Shown: positions 44,112-55,926, counted from the first letter of the stretch. The stretch: DNA of 64,000 nucleotides from Candidatus Bathyarchaeota archaeon (GCA_963697165.1 CAVOMX010000012.1:128001-192000), one strand, 5' to 3'. The notes: a model not told the origin generated them from the letters alone. Program-made: numbers and translations.

Positions 44112-44744
44112 ATGCAAAAGAAAATCGTAATCTCAATGGCTGTGGTGACATTGCTCCTCATGGGAATAATGGCAACTTCAGTATTAGCATCAAACACTGA
44201 TCACTTGCAAAGAATACCGCTGTTAGCACAAGACCTGCAGGTAATCTCCAGAAACAGAGTCACCAGAAAACAGTTGCTCCAGTAAGCGGAACGCTCTCGA
44301 GTTTCCGTAAAACCTTTTGACTGCTTCAGCATCCGTAACTGCTGACAGATCTTCAACTTCCACAGTTCCTGACAGATCTGATGGACTAGCAGAAATTGAA
44401 GTTGAAAGCCTGCGAGAGAGCTGTTCCTAGCCACCTACGAAGAAACAGACGCTAGAGTATCAACTCAAAGAGTTAGGTTTCTGTTGTATACTCATGATGG
44501 CAAACATGTCATGTGGGGCTTTGTTGGAAAAGGCTACTTTGTAGGCACAGATAACCAAGGCAAACGCTGCTGGGGAATATACGACAAAGGCATATTTGCA
44601 GGATTCTATGACGGCGAATTCTTCTGGGGCAACTACAGAGGCGGCAACTGGAAAGCTGAAGGACTCTTCGGATTGAACTCCTCTCACGGAAAATACATAC
44701 TGTTTCCAACACCAGACATAACGCCAACACCAACAGTAGACTAA
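44112..44744 (+). CDS. Secreted hypothetical protein with Gly/aromatic-rich beta domain (frameshifts)
   Basis: Signal peptide MQKKIVISMAVV; HVMWG..GYFVGTDNQGKRCWGIY..FAGFYDGEFFWG. Confidence 0.6.
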
Positions 44745-44857
44745 CCCATAAACAAACAATAACCACACTCCCCTCCCTTTTTTCTAAAACAGAAGGTGAT
44801 CACGAAGTTATTTGGTAAAAACGATTACACTTCTTACAGAAGGAGACTCGTTGCTAA

Positions 44858-45394
44858 TTGCCTCAAACTGTTCTGCATCACCCCATCGCCTATATAATAT
44901 ACCAGATTGACAAGCGATTAGTCGCCCGGACAAATTGTGGGCTGCATGTTTCCCGACCTTGAAATGACCCTTCATAATTCTGTTATTTGGAACTCAAGTA
45001 CCGCAACCGAATGATTCTGCATAGCCTTATGGGTTCAGCCACCCTAGGAACATTTCTTGCCTTAATCGTCACGATTAGAGTTTATCCCTTTATGGTAAAC
45101 AATATCTTTCATGTTGACAATAAAAAAGTCAAAACCAAATGTAATTTCTCTTTTGCTTCGGTTTTCTCAGTTTTTGTTGGAAACATCTCTCATGTTCTGT
45201 TGGACGTGACAAACCACCCGTATAACCCAGTTTTTTGGCCTTTCCGTTCTGCCATTGCTACATCCAGCCCCATCTATTTCGCTCTTGGAAACCCGCTTGG
45301 GTCCTACTGGATGCAGATTATCATGGGCGTTCTTCTTGTGGCATTGATTGTTATTAAACGGAAGAACCTTTTTGAGGAGTTACTTGTTGGATAG
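44858..45394 (+). CDS. Membrane metal-dependent hydrolase-like protein (DUF4184/YdjM-like; frameshifts)
   Basis: MPQTVLHHP, FPDLE, RMILHSL, SHVLLD, FWPF. Confidence 0.65.
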
Positions 45395-45474
45395 AATCAT
45401 TAAGATATGTTGCCCGCTTTGGAACTTAAGTATCCCATAATAACCGATTAGTGTAGTTACTGGGATGTTGTTTA

Positions 45475-46317
45475 GTGAGTGTTTAGCTTCCAGAAGCAAT
45501 GATTCTTGATGAACAAATGAACCAAGGCCTTAGAGGCAAACATGTATAATCGTATCTGTTGAAAGACTATTAACGACTACAACGAATTGGGATTATGGAC
45601 AAGGACCTAACAGTCTTCAATCAGCTTGTAGACGGAAAAATTGAAGCAGTAACTTCTAGGGGCAACGTGATACGCATAAAACTCAACAACAAAACCAGCC
45701 TGATTCTTGGTCTAGAGTACGGCGGCAAAATCCTCTATCACAATGATACAAAAAATGGTCCCAAGTTTCATATACGAATTGATTTTAGCGATGGCACAGT
45801 GCTGACGGTTAGGCTAATCAGCATGGGCGTCATCCAAGTGCTGAATGATAATGAACTGGAGCGTTCCTATGTCTACAAACGAGACTTCGACTCCACGAAA
45901 CTCTCGCCCACCGATGAAGAGTTTACCTTTGAACATTTTTCTAATCTACTGTCAAACTACAACAAAATGCTAAAGACGGTGCTTGTGGGAAAAGATGCTA
46001 TTCTAGTTTGCATAAGCAACAGCACTTTCCAAGACATCTTGTATCAGGCTAGACTTGATCTAAAAAGAAAAGCCTCAGAACTTAATACCGAAGAAAAACA
46101 AAGTCTCCACGACGCAATCAGGTTTGTGCTCAAAGAAAGAATCAGACTCGAAGGAAAAGACCAGTTCCGTGATCTGTATTGAAAGCAGGGTGACTACCTG
46201 CCCGCCATGGGACCAAACATGAAAGGACACACTTGCCCAGAATGCGGAACCTCAATAGAAATGATGAGGTTGGGCGGAGGTCACGTGTACATATCCCCCA
46301 GCTGTAAACGTAAATAA
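45475..46317 (+). pseudogene. Fpg/Nei-family DNA glycosylase pseudogene
   Basis: V-*-LPEA start (TAG 45484), SRGN, ISNSTFQDILY, in-frame TGA at 46180, Zn finger CPECG...SPSC. Confidence 0.75.
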
Positions 46318-46455
46318 TCAAACTCCCAGCTCTTAAATGTCTAGCTTATTCTTTGGGTTTAGCTATACCGCAGAATTTTGTCTTTCAAGAAACCATCTTT
46401 ACTTTTTCGTTTGATTACCTAAGATTCTTAATATGCGCCTCTCCATGGACTGGGA

Positions 46456-46821
46456 TCAGAAACTCCAGTTTTTTGCAACTTTCAACTTTGTCACACAACC
46501 AGCAGCCTTTAATGTCCTTTTTTTGAGCGCATATTCTGACTCTTGCAGAAGGGAGAACTCTTCACCGTTTCTACAACCTTTTCTGAACCGAAACTTCACC
46601 ATTGCACCAAGAACCTCGTAGCACTCCTCATACTCCTTGAAGTCTTTGCCAAACGAAAACGTTGAAATGAACCCGACAAATTTGTCGTATCTTGTCGCCC
46701 TCAGTTCTTTTCTTAAATCTATGGCAAGGTCAGGAATTTTTCCTGAAAAACCATGACAATCTCCGAAGTAGAGCCCACAATACGCGATAAAATTCTGATC
46801 TTTTGAGATGTTTTTATTCAC
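46456..46821 (-). pseudogene. DUF3795-like Cys-rich protein, degenerate
   Basis: IAYCGLYFGDC (Cys lost), KGCR, frameshifted C-terminus. Confidence 0.6.
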
Positions 46822-47085
46822 GTAACACTTCTCCCCCTGTTACTTTCTAACACCCTCATAGGATGAATTTAAAACTGTTAAGGTCTGTTCTCGTTAGCTG
46901 ACAAAATTCATAATCATCATTCATGAATGTTTGTTCATGTTTACGGTTTTTGACACCTGAAAAATGAATATTTTATGTTAATTATGCTCTTTAATTAAAA
47001 AATCTTATAAGCAACCTTTCCTTAATGGCAACAGGTTGCCGTATACCGTTATGGTATGTGGTAAAAAAACTGGAGATGAAACGAA

Positions 47086-48675
47086 ATGAATTTAAGAAGA
47101 CCAAACGCAGACGAGTCAACCGGCACATTCAATCGATCCAAGAACGTTACACCCATGTCGGGAATATGTTCAAGATGCATCGATGGATGCAAAGGCGGTT
47201 GCGAAATCTGGTTATCATCATTCAGAGGCCGCGAGGTACTCTACCCTGGACCATTCGGAGAAGTAACAGCGGGAGCAGACAAAAACTATCCCGTAGACTA
47301 TTCTCACCTTAACATTCAAGGCTACGCACGAGGAGCAAAAGGGCTTCCAGAAGGAGTCAAAGCGGACCCCGATACTGCCCTTTTCCCCAACGTGGACACC
47401 GAAACAGATTACGGCTGGACCAAAAAGGTCAAGATGAGATTACCAATATTCACTGGTGCTTTGGGTTCCACAGAGATTGCCCGTAAAAACTGGGAACACT
47501 TTGCGATAGGTGCCGCAATTTCTGGCATCACGCTTGTCTGTGGCGAAAACGTTTGTGGAATCGACCCCGGACTTGTATTGGATAATATGGGAAAGATCAC
47601 TAAATCGCCTGAGATGGATAGGCGAATAGAAATTTACAAGAAATACTATGAAGGCTATGGTGAGCTTCTTGTCCAAATGAATGTTGAGGACACTCGATTT
47701 GGAGTAGCAGAGTACGTATCATCAAAACATGGCTTAGACACTATTGAACTGAAGTGGGGACAGGGCGCCAAATGTATTGGTGGAGAAATCAAAGTTAATT
47801 CCTTGAAGCGTGCTGTTGAACTCAAAAAGAGAGGCTACGTTGTTTCGCCTGATCCTACTCTTAAAGAAAACCAAGTGGCCTTTGAAGAAGGAGCAATCAA
47901 AGAATTTGAGCGCCACTCCAGGTTAGGTTTTGTAACTAAAGAGGCATTCTTGGAAGAAGTTGATCGCCTCCGTGGTTTAGGATTCAAACGGGTCACCCTG
48001 AAAACGGGAGCTTACTCTGCCTTGGAGTTGGCTATGGCACTACGTTATGGTGCAGAGGCAAAACTGGACTTGCTTACGATTGATGGTGCTCCTGGCGGCA
48101 CAGGTATGAGTCCTTGGCCAATGATGAACGAGTGGGGAATTCCAACATTCTATCTGCAATCTTTAACATACAAGTTCTGTGAAAAGCTTTCAAGAAAAGG
48201 CATGAGAGTTCCTGACCTTGCTATGGCTGGCGGTTTCTCATCAGAGGATGGCGTATTCAAGGCCCTAGCCATGGGCAGCCCCTATGTTAAGGCGGTGTGT
48301 ATGGGAAGAGGCTTGATGATACCTGGAATGGTTGGAAAGAATATCGGAAACTGGTTAGAAGCAGATGATTTGCCAAAGTCGGTTTCAAAGTATGGCAGTC
48401 AGGTTAATGAAATCTTTGTCGCCTATTCGGAGCTTGAGGAAAAGTTTGGTGCAGACATTAAAGACATACCTTTGGGTGCTGTTGGTATCTACACTTACTG
48501 TCAAAAGTTCAAGGTTGGATTGCAGCAGTTGATGGCTGGAAGCAGAAACTTTAGGCTCTCCACAATCTCCCGCAAGGACCTCATGGCACTAACCGAAGAA
48601 GCAGCGAAAATCTCTGGAATACCCTACGTCATGGAAGCCTACGGTGAAGATGCAAACAGAATCCTGGAAGAATAA
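47086..48675 (+). CDS. FMN-binding glutamate synthase family protein
   Basis: CSRCIDGCKGGCE, ELKWGQGAKCIGGE, LKTG, IDGAPGGTG, MAGG, MGR. Confidence 0.9.
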   Translation: MNLRRPNADESTGTFNRSKNVTPMSGICSRCIDGCKGGCEIWLSSFRGREVLYPGPFGEVTAGADKNYPVDYSHLNIQGYARGAKGLPEGVKADPDTALFPNVDTETDYGWTKKVKMRLPIFTGALGSTEIARKNWEHFAIGAAISGITLVCGENVCGIDPGLVLDNMGKITKSPEMDRRIEIYKKYYEGYGELLVQMNVEDTRFGVAEYVSSKHGLDTIELKWGQGAKCIGGEIKVNSLKRAVELKKRGYVVSPDPTLKENQVAFEEGAIKEFERHSRLGFVTKEAFLEEVDRLRGLGFKRVTLKTGAYSALELAMALRYGAEAKLDLLTIDGAPGGTGMSPWPMMNEWGIPTFYLQSLTYKFCEKLSRKGMRVPDLAMAGGFSSEDGVFKALAMGSPYVKAVCMGRGLMIPGMVGKNIGNWLEADDLPKSVSKYGSQVNEIFVAYSELEEKFGADIKDIPLGAVGIYTYCQKFKVGLQQLMAGSRNFRLSTISRKDLMALTEEAAKISGIPYVMEAYGEDANRILEE

Positions 48676-48807
48676 GGAACTTACATTCCTTCACCCATTT
48701 TTCATTTTTCTTTTTATTTTGTTTTTTCCACTTTCTATGCATCGTTATTGAATGGTATTTCCGCAAAGAATATTACTGCTGATTCTCCCAGTTATTCAGG
48801 GATAATA

Positions 48808-49386
48808 ATGAACAGTAAATGGATCGCCGTAGTTCTGATTATTGTTGCCATTCTTGTGGTCGGGGTTGTTTTTGTAGTACTATACTACGGAACTTACAAT
48901 AATCTAGTGGGTCTTGAAGTGTCAGTAGACGAAAAATGGGCTCAGGTTCAACAGGAACTCCAGAGAAGATACGATTTGATACCACGAGTTGTGAACGCCT
49001 CCAAACTTTATATCCAATATGAAGGTTCTATCCTCCAAAACGTCACTGAGCTTAGAAGCCAATGGGCGACTGCAATGAATTCTGGAGACATAGACTATAT
49101 CAATGACGCCACAGGCAAACTTGATTCGGCTGTAACTAATCTGGTTGTTGTAATTGAAAATTATCCAGAATTAAAGTCATCACAGATTGTAGAAGATTTG
49201 ATAATTGAACTTGAGGGCACAGAAAACAGAATTTCCACGGAACGCATGAGATACAATGAGGCTGTCGGAGATTATAACAGTGCGCGAAGGTCTTTTCCTG
49301 CAAACATGTGGGCAGCTGGATGGGGATTCGAAAGCAAAGCATATTTCGAGGCTAAAGTCCTGGAGCTCAGGAACCTCCGGCAGTGA
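48808..49386 (+). CDS. lemA: LemA family protein
   Basis: TM, YNNLV, QRRYDLIP, ENYPELKS, LEGTENRI..ER.RYN, FPAN. Confidence 0.93.
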   Translation: MNSKWIAVVLIIVAILVVGVVFVVLYYGTYNNLVGLEVSVDEKWAQVQQELQRRYDLIPRVVNASKLYIQYEGSILQNVTELRSQWATAMNSGDIDYINDATGKLDSAVTNLVVVIENYPELKSSQIVEDLIIELEGTENRISTERMRYNEAVGDYNSARRSFPANMWAAGWGFESKAYFEAKVLELRNLRQ

Positions 49387-49428
49387 CCAATAAATTAACA
49401 GATCATTATGTAGAGGCATTCAGATGGT

Positions 49429-50218
49429 TTGTCGTACCACGCAACATTCTTTTCTCTCTTTCTATTAGTGATGATTTTTGCAATCATTTTAGGGACAATT
49501 CCCGTTGCAGTGTTGCCTGTTAATGGGCAGGTAATTTCGGAAGACTGGAAAAATGATATCGAATCTTATCTTCAACATGTTGACACGAACACCACCGCTG
49601 AGATTGTTATCTATGTTGTCAATTCCTTTTACGGTCACGGAATCACGAATGATGGAAGCGAAATTAATGATATAGTGCAACTTGGGGTGTACATCTTCAA
49701 TGAGTTGCCATTAGATACACCCAGCGGACAAGTTGTTGGGATCGGAAAAAAGGGAAAGGATAACGGTGTTCTGGTTCTTGTTGCAGTTGAGGATAGGGAA
49801 TGGAGAATCGAAGTAGGTTATGGATTAGAAGGCTACATAACAGACGTAGAATCCAAAAGGATAGCCGAAGACTATTTAGTTCCCAAGTTTCAAGAAGGCA
49901 GAATACGGGGAAGGACTAGCAAACGACGGTTATTGCCCTTGCTCTAAAGATACCGAACATCAAAGACACCGAGAGGCTGCCAACACGTGGAAAATATGTT
50001 TACGATGGTGCGAGAATTACCCACTGAGGAGGAGATTCCAGCATGGGTTATTGTGCTTATTGTCATCTTTGTAATTTGTTATGATTTCTTTTGGTGGCCG
50101 TTTAGGTGGTGGTAGATCAGGTAGGGGTTGGGGTGGTTCAGGAGGTGGTGGAAGTCGTTCGGGAGGCGGCGGAGGCGGCGGACGCTCTGGAGGAGGAGGT
50201 TCCGGCGGAAAGTGGTGA
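49429..50218 (+). CDS. TPM-domain protein with Gly-rich C-terminal tail (frameshifts)
   Basis: GIGKKGKDNGVLVLVA..DREWRIEVGYGLEG; GGGGRSGGGGSGGKW*; standard LemA partner. Confidence 0.88.
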
Positions 50219-50291
50219 TGCTTTAATTGTATACCTCTTTGCAGCAAAAAGAAAATAAATGTCAAAACTCAGTTAACCTATGAGTCAAATG

Positions 50292-51104
50292 TTAATCTGT
50301 AGAAACTAGTTTGATTTCGTAAAGCTTTGACCATCTTTTTCCTGTGAAAAAGAGTCTATCCTCGTTCGGGTCATAGGCGATTCCGTTGAGCACGTTGTCT
50401 CTGCTCTGGATGTCTGTAGGATTGATGCCCGTCAAGTCAATCCATCCTGTGACTTGCCCTGTCTGGGATTTATTATTGCAATCTTGTCTTCTTTCCAGAT
50501 GTTCGCGTAGATCCTTCCATTGATGTATTCAAGTTCATTAAGCCGAGTCACAGGTTCTTCGTCGTAAACTTCAATCTGATCAATAGTCTGGAATGTTTCA
50601 GGGTCAAGAAAATACAAAGTTGCTGTGCCATCACTCATTATCAATGCACTACAGTTATGCGTTATTCCCCAGCCCTTCAGTGGGGTACTCAAAGGTCTCT
50701 AATAATTCAAAGGAGCTTTTATCATAGACGAAGGCCAATGTTATTTCTCCAAGTTAACTGGATAATTTTGTCTTCGAAAATTGTGATGCCTTCTCCAAAG
50801 AGATTGTCAGATAATTTAATAACCTGTGTTACGTTGCCGGTCTCCAATTCTACGCGCCGCAACGTAGATTGACCGTAGAGTCCTGTGCTCTCGAACAAGA
50901 CGCCGTCCTCAAAGATTAGTCCTTGTGTGAAAGCAGTTTCATCATGAGGATAAACGTTGACAATCTGATATGTGTAGTGATATGATTCAGGTTCTGGGTA
51001 GGTTCTATTGGACATTCGATGAATTAGTCGGATCAACTGGGTTCTTATTCAGCAAAACCAGCGTAACCGAAATGGCAGCTATTACCGTTACGATAATTAA
51101 TCAA
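50292..51104 (-). CDS. Glutaminyl-peptide cyclotransferase (frameshifts; start unclear)
   Basis: YPHDETAFTQGL, ESTGLYG, FGEG, QLTW, GWG, SDGT, LNELE, ANIW, VLNGIAY. Confidence 0.9.
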
Positions 51105-51107
51105 TTG

Positions 51108-52548
51108 TTAAACGCTTCGTTGCATGAACATCTCCAGTAGCTTCTGTACCTTCCATGCTTTTAATATTTCATGTAACACAAGGTTCAGAAAATTGGAGAA
51201 AAGGGTTGCTTTTCTGCTCCTTTGCAGTCTTGTTCCCGACCGTCTAGATGATGAGCCCATTCTCCTCAAGGGAACCCCTAACCTTCCTGTAGGCTTCTGT
51301 TCTTTCTTTAGCAGTGAAGTCAGAAGTTTCAAACACAGGATACGTCCGCATCCGTGTCATCTATTGGCCAATCTAGCAGCTCTTCTTTGTCAATGTCTAG
51401 CCAGCGTCCATTCTTTTCAGCCCAATCCCAAAACTTTGTTCCAAAAATGGGAGTCGCCATGCTTAAGTGTACGCCATCAACATTGCACATTTTCAACAAA
51501 ATCTATTATCCTATCCGCAGATTTGGAGTTGTCTCTGGGGTTTCCTATCATCAGGAGAATGTTTGCTCTGATTCCCACTTGTCGAGTCAACTTTATTGTC
51601 TGTTTCTATCTGCTCCAGGCTCACGCCCTTTCTTATGAAGGATAAAACCTTTGGGTCTATTGACTCGACCCCAAAGTTGATTGCTGTGCATCCCGCCTTC
51701 TTCAGTTTTAATAGTAAATTTTTTGTCGCGTGGTCGGCTCGCATGCCATTCCAGAAGTAGATATCCAGTTTCCATTTCTTTGCTATTATCCCATCAAGAA
51801 TCTTTTCTGCACGTTCCATGTCAACAGTGAAGTTGTCATCAAGAATACTCAAAGTGGAAACTCCATACTCTGTTATCAGATGTTCAATCTCTTTTAGAAC
51901 ATAATCTGGGTTATGACCGCGCCATTTTCTTCCAAAAACTGGTCGACTACAGAAGATACACTGCTGTGGGCATCCTCTCGAGGTGAATATGCTACCTGCG
52001 TTTTCGCCATAGAGCCGCATTTTGAGTTCTTCTCTTGCAGGGAATGGAATCTGGTCCAGTGGACTGATGGGATTTGGCTGTGGGTTGCTTTTGATTTTTG
52101 TTTCTTTCCTGAAAACCAGTCCATCAACAGCATCTATGCTCTGGGTATTCTGCAAACGTTTGATTAATTCCAGAAAGTTATATTCTGCCTCGCCCACGAC
52201 GGTCACGTCAACTTCGTTATGTCTAGTTAACAGGCGAGTTCCCATTATGCTTGGGTAAGGACCACCCATGACAACAAAACTTTCTGGAAGAATCATTTTT
52301 GTTTGTTTGGCAATGTCGAATGCTCTGCGAGCGTTTGTAATTATAGATGAGATTCCGATGATGCCTGGCTTCTCTTTAGTCAAGTATGTGCTAAGGCTAA
52401 TTTTTTCTATGTTTAAATCGATTATTTTTATTTCAATATTGTTTCTTTTTAACACGGCGGCTATGTAGGCTAATCCAAGGGGTGGAACCTTAAAGTGCTG
52501 ACTTTCGGATGCCGGATTAATCAGGACAACTTTCATGCCATCTAACAA
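51108..52548 (-). CDS. Cobalamin-binding radical SAM protein (frameshifts in 3' part)
   Basis: PPLGLAYIA, GGPYP, GEAE, TSRGCPQQCIFC, DDNF, FGVES. Confidence 0.92.
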
Positions 52549-53160
52549 CTTGGTAGTTTTCTATATTTATTGTATTCTTAATTAAATATTGATATTTTTC
52601 ATGGAACACCTATATACAAAGACCTAAAAAACCAAATGTACATTATTCTTTTTGAGTGCTAGGTTCTTTGTGGTTAGGGCAAATAGATTTCTTTGTTATT
52701 TGTGCTTGTAATGTTAAAAACAAAACGTTACTGTGCAACTATAAATTATGTCTTTTAATTTAAATAGAAATTGCACAAATTGAAAGCTAGAATGCAATTT
52801 TTATTTTTCCCTTTTGAAAAAGTTTTAGAATCGCTAATTGCAACAGAAAAATTCCAAACCCGTATCCTGCAAAAAGCTCTTCTATCAACCTGAAAAAACA
52901 ATGATTAAGAAAAACTCTGAAAATAGTTAATAATAATTTCAAAACACTCTTACATTCTGGTTCCAAGAAAGCAACATTTTCATTAATGGATTGGACTTGA
53001 ACCGGAGACATTGAGATATCACCCGACTAATTTCCAGAAACCCCTTAACAGGGCATAAAATTATCCTTTAAAAATACCTAACTAGGTAACCCAGAATGTA
53101 TTACACTATACTCGAAAAAAGAAAAATAATGTACAATTAACTTATTCCAACGTAATATGG

Positions 53161-53263
53161 TGGTGCCGAGGGCCGGATTTGAACAGGCGACAACTCGGTC
53201 TTCAGCTTCACCCTCAACTTTGTGTGTTGAGTCGAGTGCTCTCCCAAGCTGAGCTACCTCGGC
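53161..53263 (-). tRNA. tRNA-Phe(GAA) with 26-nt non-canonical intron at 30/31 (53207-53232)
   Basis: Acceptor GCCGAGG/CCTCGGC-ACCA; BHB CACT/GGTG with bulges CG^A and AA^G; splicing restores CTCGG-CTGAAGA-CCGAG. Confidence 0.92.
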
Positions 53264-53389
53264 GACACACATCATGAATCATAACTTGTTTTTTAATCTT
53301 TTTGAAAAACCGTTCTTTTGTCTGCTCTGAGGATGAACCATAACCTATTAACACGCAAGAAATAATCCTAAATGATGGTTGAATAAACG

Positions 53390-53824
53390 ATGAGCGATGT
53401 TTGTGTCTTCTGCAGCATAGCCTCCGGCAAAGCGCCGGCAAGCATCGTCTACGAAAATGCCACTGTATTCGCATTCATGGACATGAACCCCTCTAATGTT
53501 GGTCACACTTTAGTTATTCCCCGTTGTCATTGGGAAAATATCTATGAAGTGCCCGAAGAGATACTAGCTGATTTGGCTGTGGTGATTAAGCGGGTCAGCA
53601 TTGCTGTGAAGAAGACGGTTGGCGCTGACGGAATAAGTGTTATTCAGCTTAACGGGAAGGCTGCAGGCCAGATGGTGATGCATTTTCACGTTCATGTCAT
53701 ACCCAGATTCAGGGGTGACTCCATCTCCAGAGCCTTGGGGGCGATGATTGGGCATCACGGATTCAGAATGCCCGAAAGAAGCGAGTTGGATGAGTCTGCG
53801 AAGAAAATAAGAGAAAACCTCTGA
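53390..53824 (+). CDS. HIT family protein
   Basis: CVFC, GHTLVIP, HFHVHVIPR. Confidence 0.95.
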   Translation: MSDVCVFCSIASGKAPASIVYENATVFAFMDMNPSNVGHTLVIPRCHWENIYEVPEEILADLAVVIKRVSIAVKKTVGADGISVIQLNGKAAGQMVMHFHVHVIPRFRGDSISRALGAMIGHHGFRMPERSELDESAKKIRENL

Positions 53825-53846
53825 CGTTGGGGTATCAATAAATTGG

Positions 53847-53941
53847 TGGTGGGCCCGGCCGGATTTGAACCGGCGATCTCTTCCGCGTGAGGGAAGCGTC
53901 TTTTGGCCTCAAATGGAGTTAACCAACTGGACCACGGGCCC
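53847..53941 (-). tRNA. tRNA-Val(CAC) with 18-nt D-arm intron at about 21/22 (53902-53919)
   Basis: Acceptor GGGCCCG/CGGGCCC-ACCA; BHB TGGT/GCCA with bulges TA^A and AA^A; anticodon arm CTTCC-CTCACGC-GGAAG. Confidence 0.92.
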
Positions 53942-54199
53942 ATTCTATGAACCTAAACGGTTGCATGATTCCTTTATATCTTTTGTAAATTCTTCTTATC
54001 TTTCATTGATTGTTTATCTTTTGCATTTTTCAAGCTAGATACCCTGCCTAGATCTGGTTTTTTTGAGAACATCGGAAAAAAAGCTGTTTTTAACATTGTT
54101 CTGTTGGTTATTTTAGAATATGATGGAGTTTCATGGTTTTCTGTTATTGCTGTTCATTCACCGAACAACATTTTTTGGCGTATAATGTGTATGGGTTTG

Positions 54200-54994
54200 T
54201 TATTTGATGAGTCTTTTCTTCATGAGGTTTAGGGAGAGTATAAAAAAGATAGGTGTGATTATTAGCATCCATGCTAGGTTCAGGATGATTGAAAGTTGGA
54301 TGTTGCCAAGAGCTAAGGATCTGGTTACTGTTACAGCGTTGGTGAGTGGGAGAAAAATTTGTGCTACCACTTGCAGAAACTCGGGCATGGATGTTAGAGG
54401 GAAGAATGTTCCGCTTAAGAGGAACATGGGAGTTATGAAGAGATAACCGGGATAATTGAAGGCGTCAATGTTTGGGACGATGGCTGTGAAGCACATGGCT
54501 ATGGATGAGAATAGGAGTCCAACAAGGAATGATACTAGAGGAATCAGAAGAAACAGTGGGGAAAGAACCAATCCAAAGGCGACTATTACTGCTAGAACTA
54601 TTGATGAGTTGATGAGACTTTTGGTTGCACCCCATAGAATTTCGCCGGTTATGACTTCTTCTATGGTGACTGGCGTGGCTATTATGGCGTCAAATGTTTT
54701 CTGGTAGTACATTCTTACAAAGGAGGCGTATGTGCATTCGTAGAATGAGGAGAACATCATTGAGACTGCGACCAGCGCCGGAGCAATAAAGTTGATGTAT
54801 GTTTGTCCGTCGATTGGTTGAACAAAACCTCCGAGTCCAACACCTAAAGCGAGTAGGTAAAGGATGGGCTCCAATAGTGAGGGAATGAAATTGGTTTTGT
54901 AAGTTTTCATGAAAACGTCTTTGTTTCGCTTCCAAACCTTCCATACTCTGTAGCTGAGTTTTGGAATTCGAAAGAGTGTAAAAGTGTTATTCAT
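54200..54994 (-). CDS. ABC-2 permease (NodJ-like)
   Basis: LLEPILYL, YINFIAP, QKTFDAIIATP, LSGTFFP. Confidence 0.92.
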   Translation of the reverse strand: MNNTFTLFRIPKLSYRVWKVWKRNKDVFMKTYKTNFIPSLLEPILYLLALGVGLGGFVQPIDGQTYINFIAPALVAVSMMFSSFYECTYASFVRMYYQKTFDAIIATPVTIEEVITGEILWGATKSLINSSIVLAVIVAFGLVLSPLFLLIPLVSFLVGLLFSSIAMCFTAIVPNIDAFNYPGYLFITPMFLLSGTFFPLTSMPEFLQVVAQIFLPLTNAVTVTRSLALGNIQLSIILNLAWMLIITPIFFILSLNLMKKRLIK

Positions 54995-54996
54995 TA

Positions 54997-55926
54997 TTAG
55001 TCCCTCAAGCTTCTTCCTGCCAAGTTCAAGAATACGTCTTCAAGGTTGCTGTCTCGTATAGCTGCTCCTTTAAACGAAGTTTTCTTGAGCACTTCTGCGA
55101 AATATCCTCTGGGTTTGTTGTCGAATAAGTAAATTTTGTCGCCAACAACTTCTATTCTAGCGTCAGGAAAGGTCTCTTTCAGGCACTTCATTGCTTCTTC
55201 ACTGTAGAGAACTTCAAGAACTTCTTCTCCTACATGTTTCTTAACAAGTTCTGCTGGTTCGCCTGTTTCAATGATTTTTCCGTGGTCCATGATTATTATT
55301 CTGTCGCAGAGCTGGGCTGCCTCATCCATGTAGTGGGTTGTCAGTATGACCGTGACACCTTGTTTTTTCAGGTTTCTGATTTTGGTCCATATAAGGTGGC
55401 GGGCCTGCGGGTCTAGACCTGTTGTGGGTTCATCTAGAATTAGTATCTGGGGGTCATTCATCAAGGCTCTGGCGAGGATTAGTCTGCGTCTCATGCCTCC
55501 AGAGAGAGACGTTATTATGACGTCTTTTTTTTGGGTTAACTGCAGAAAGGTTAGGAGATCTTCTGCTTTTGTTTTTGCTTTTTCTTTTGGAATGTCAAAG
55601 TATCTAGCGTAAAATATGAGATTCTGGAAAACTGTGAAGTCGGGGTCCAGATTGTCTTCTTGGGGGGCAACACCGACCATGCTTTTTATTCTTCTGCCAT
55701 GTTCTGTAACATCCATTCCCGCCAGAGTTAGTTTTCCCTCGGTTATGGGAGAGACGCTTTGGATCATTCTCATTGTCGTGGTTTTTCCGGCGCCATTGGG
55801 TCCAAGGAATCCGAAATTTTCGCCCTTGAAGATTTCGAAATTGACTCCGTCTACTGCAACGAGGTCGCCAAACTTTTTGGTTAGCTTCTCTGCTTTGACC
55901 AGAATCTCTCGCTCCATGAACGCCAA
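54997..55926 (-). CDS. ABC transporter ATP-binding protein (NodI-like)
   Basis: GPNGAGKT, LSGGMRRR, LDEPTTGLDP, TTHYMDEA, NLEDVF. Confidence 0.95.
   Translation of the reverse strand: MAFMEREILVKAEKLTKKFGDLVAVDGVNFEIFKGENFGFLGPNGAGKTTTMRMIQSVSPITEGKLTLAGMDVTEHGRRIKSMVGVAPQEDNLDPDFTVFQNLIFYARYFDIPKEKAKTKAEDLLTFLQLTQKKDVIITSLSGGMRRRLILARALMNDPQILILDEPTTGLDPQARHLIWTKIRNLKKQGVTVILTTHYMDEAAQLCDRIIIMDHGKIIETGEPAELVKKHVGEEVLEVLYSEEAMKCLKETFPDARIEVVGDKIYLFDNKPRGYFAEVLKKTSFKGAAIRDSNLEDVFLNLAGRSLRD

Noticed and set aside
46180..46182. In-frame TGA as selenocysteine or readthrough
   Set aside because: Position most likely corresponds to Gly and the gene has other lesions
53158..53190. Encoded CCACCA end and U52-C62 mismatch in tRNA-Phe as signs of a pseudogene or att site
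   Set aside because: The rest of the cloverleaf and the intron BHB are intact; no duplicate 3' half found; a single mismatch may be an error or tolerated
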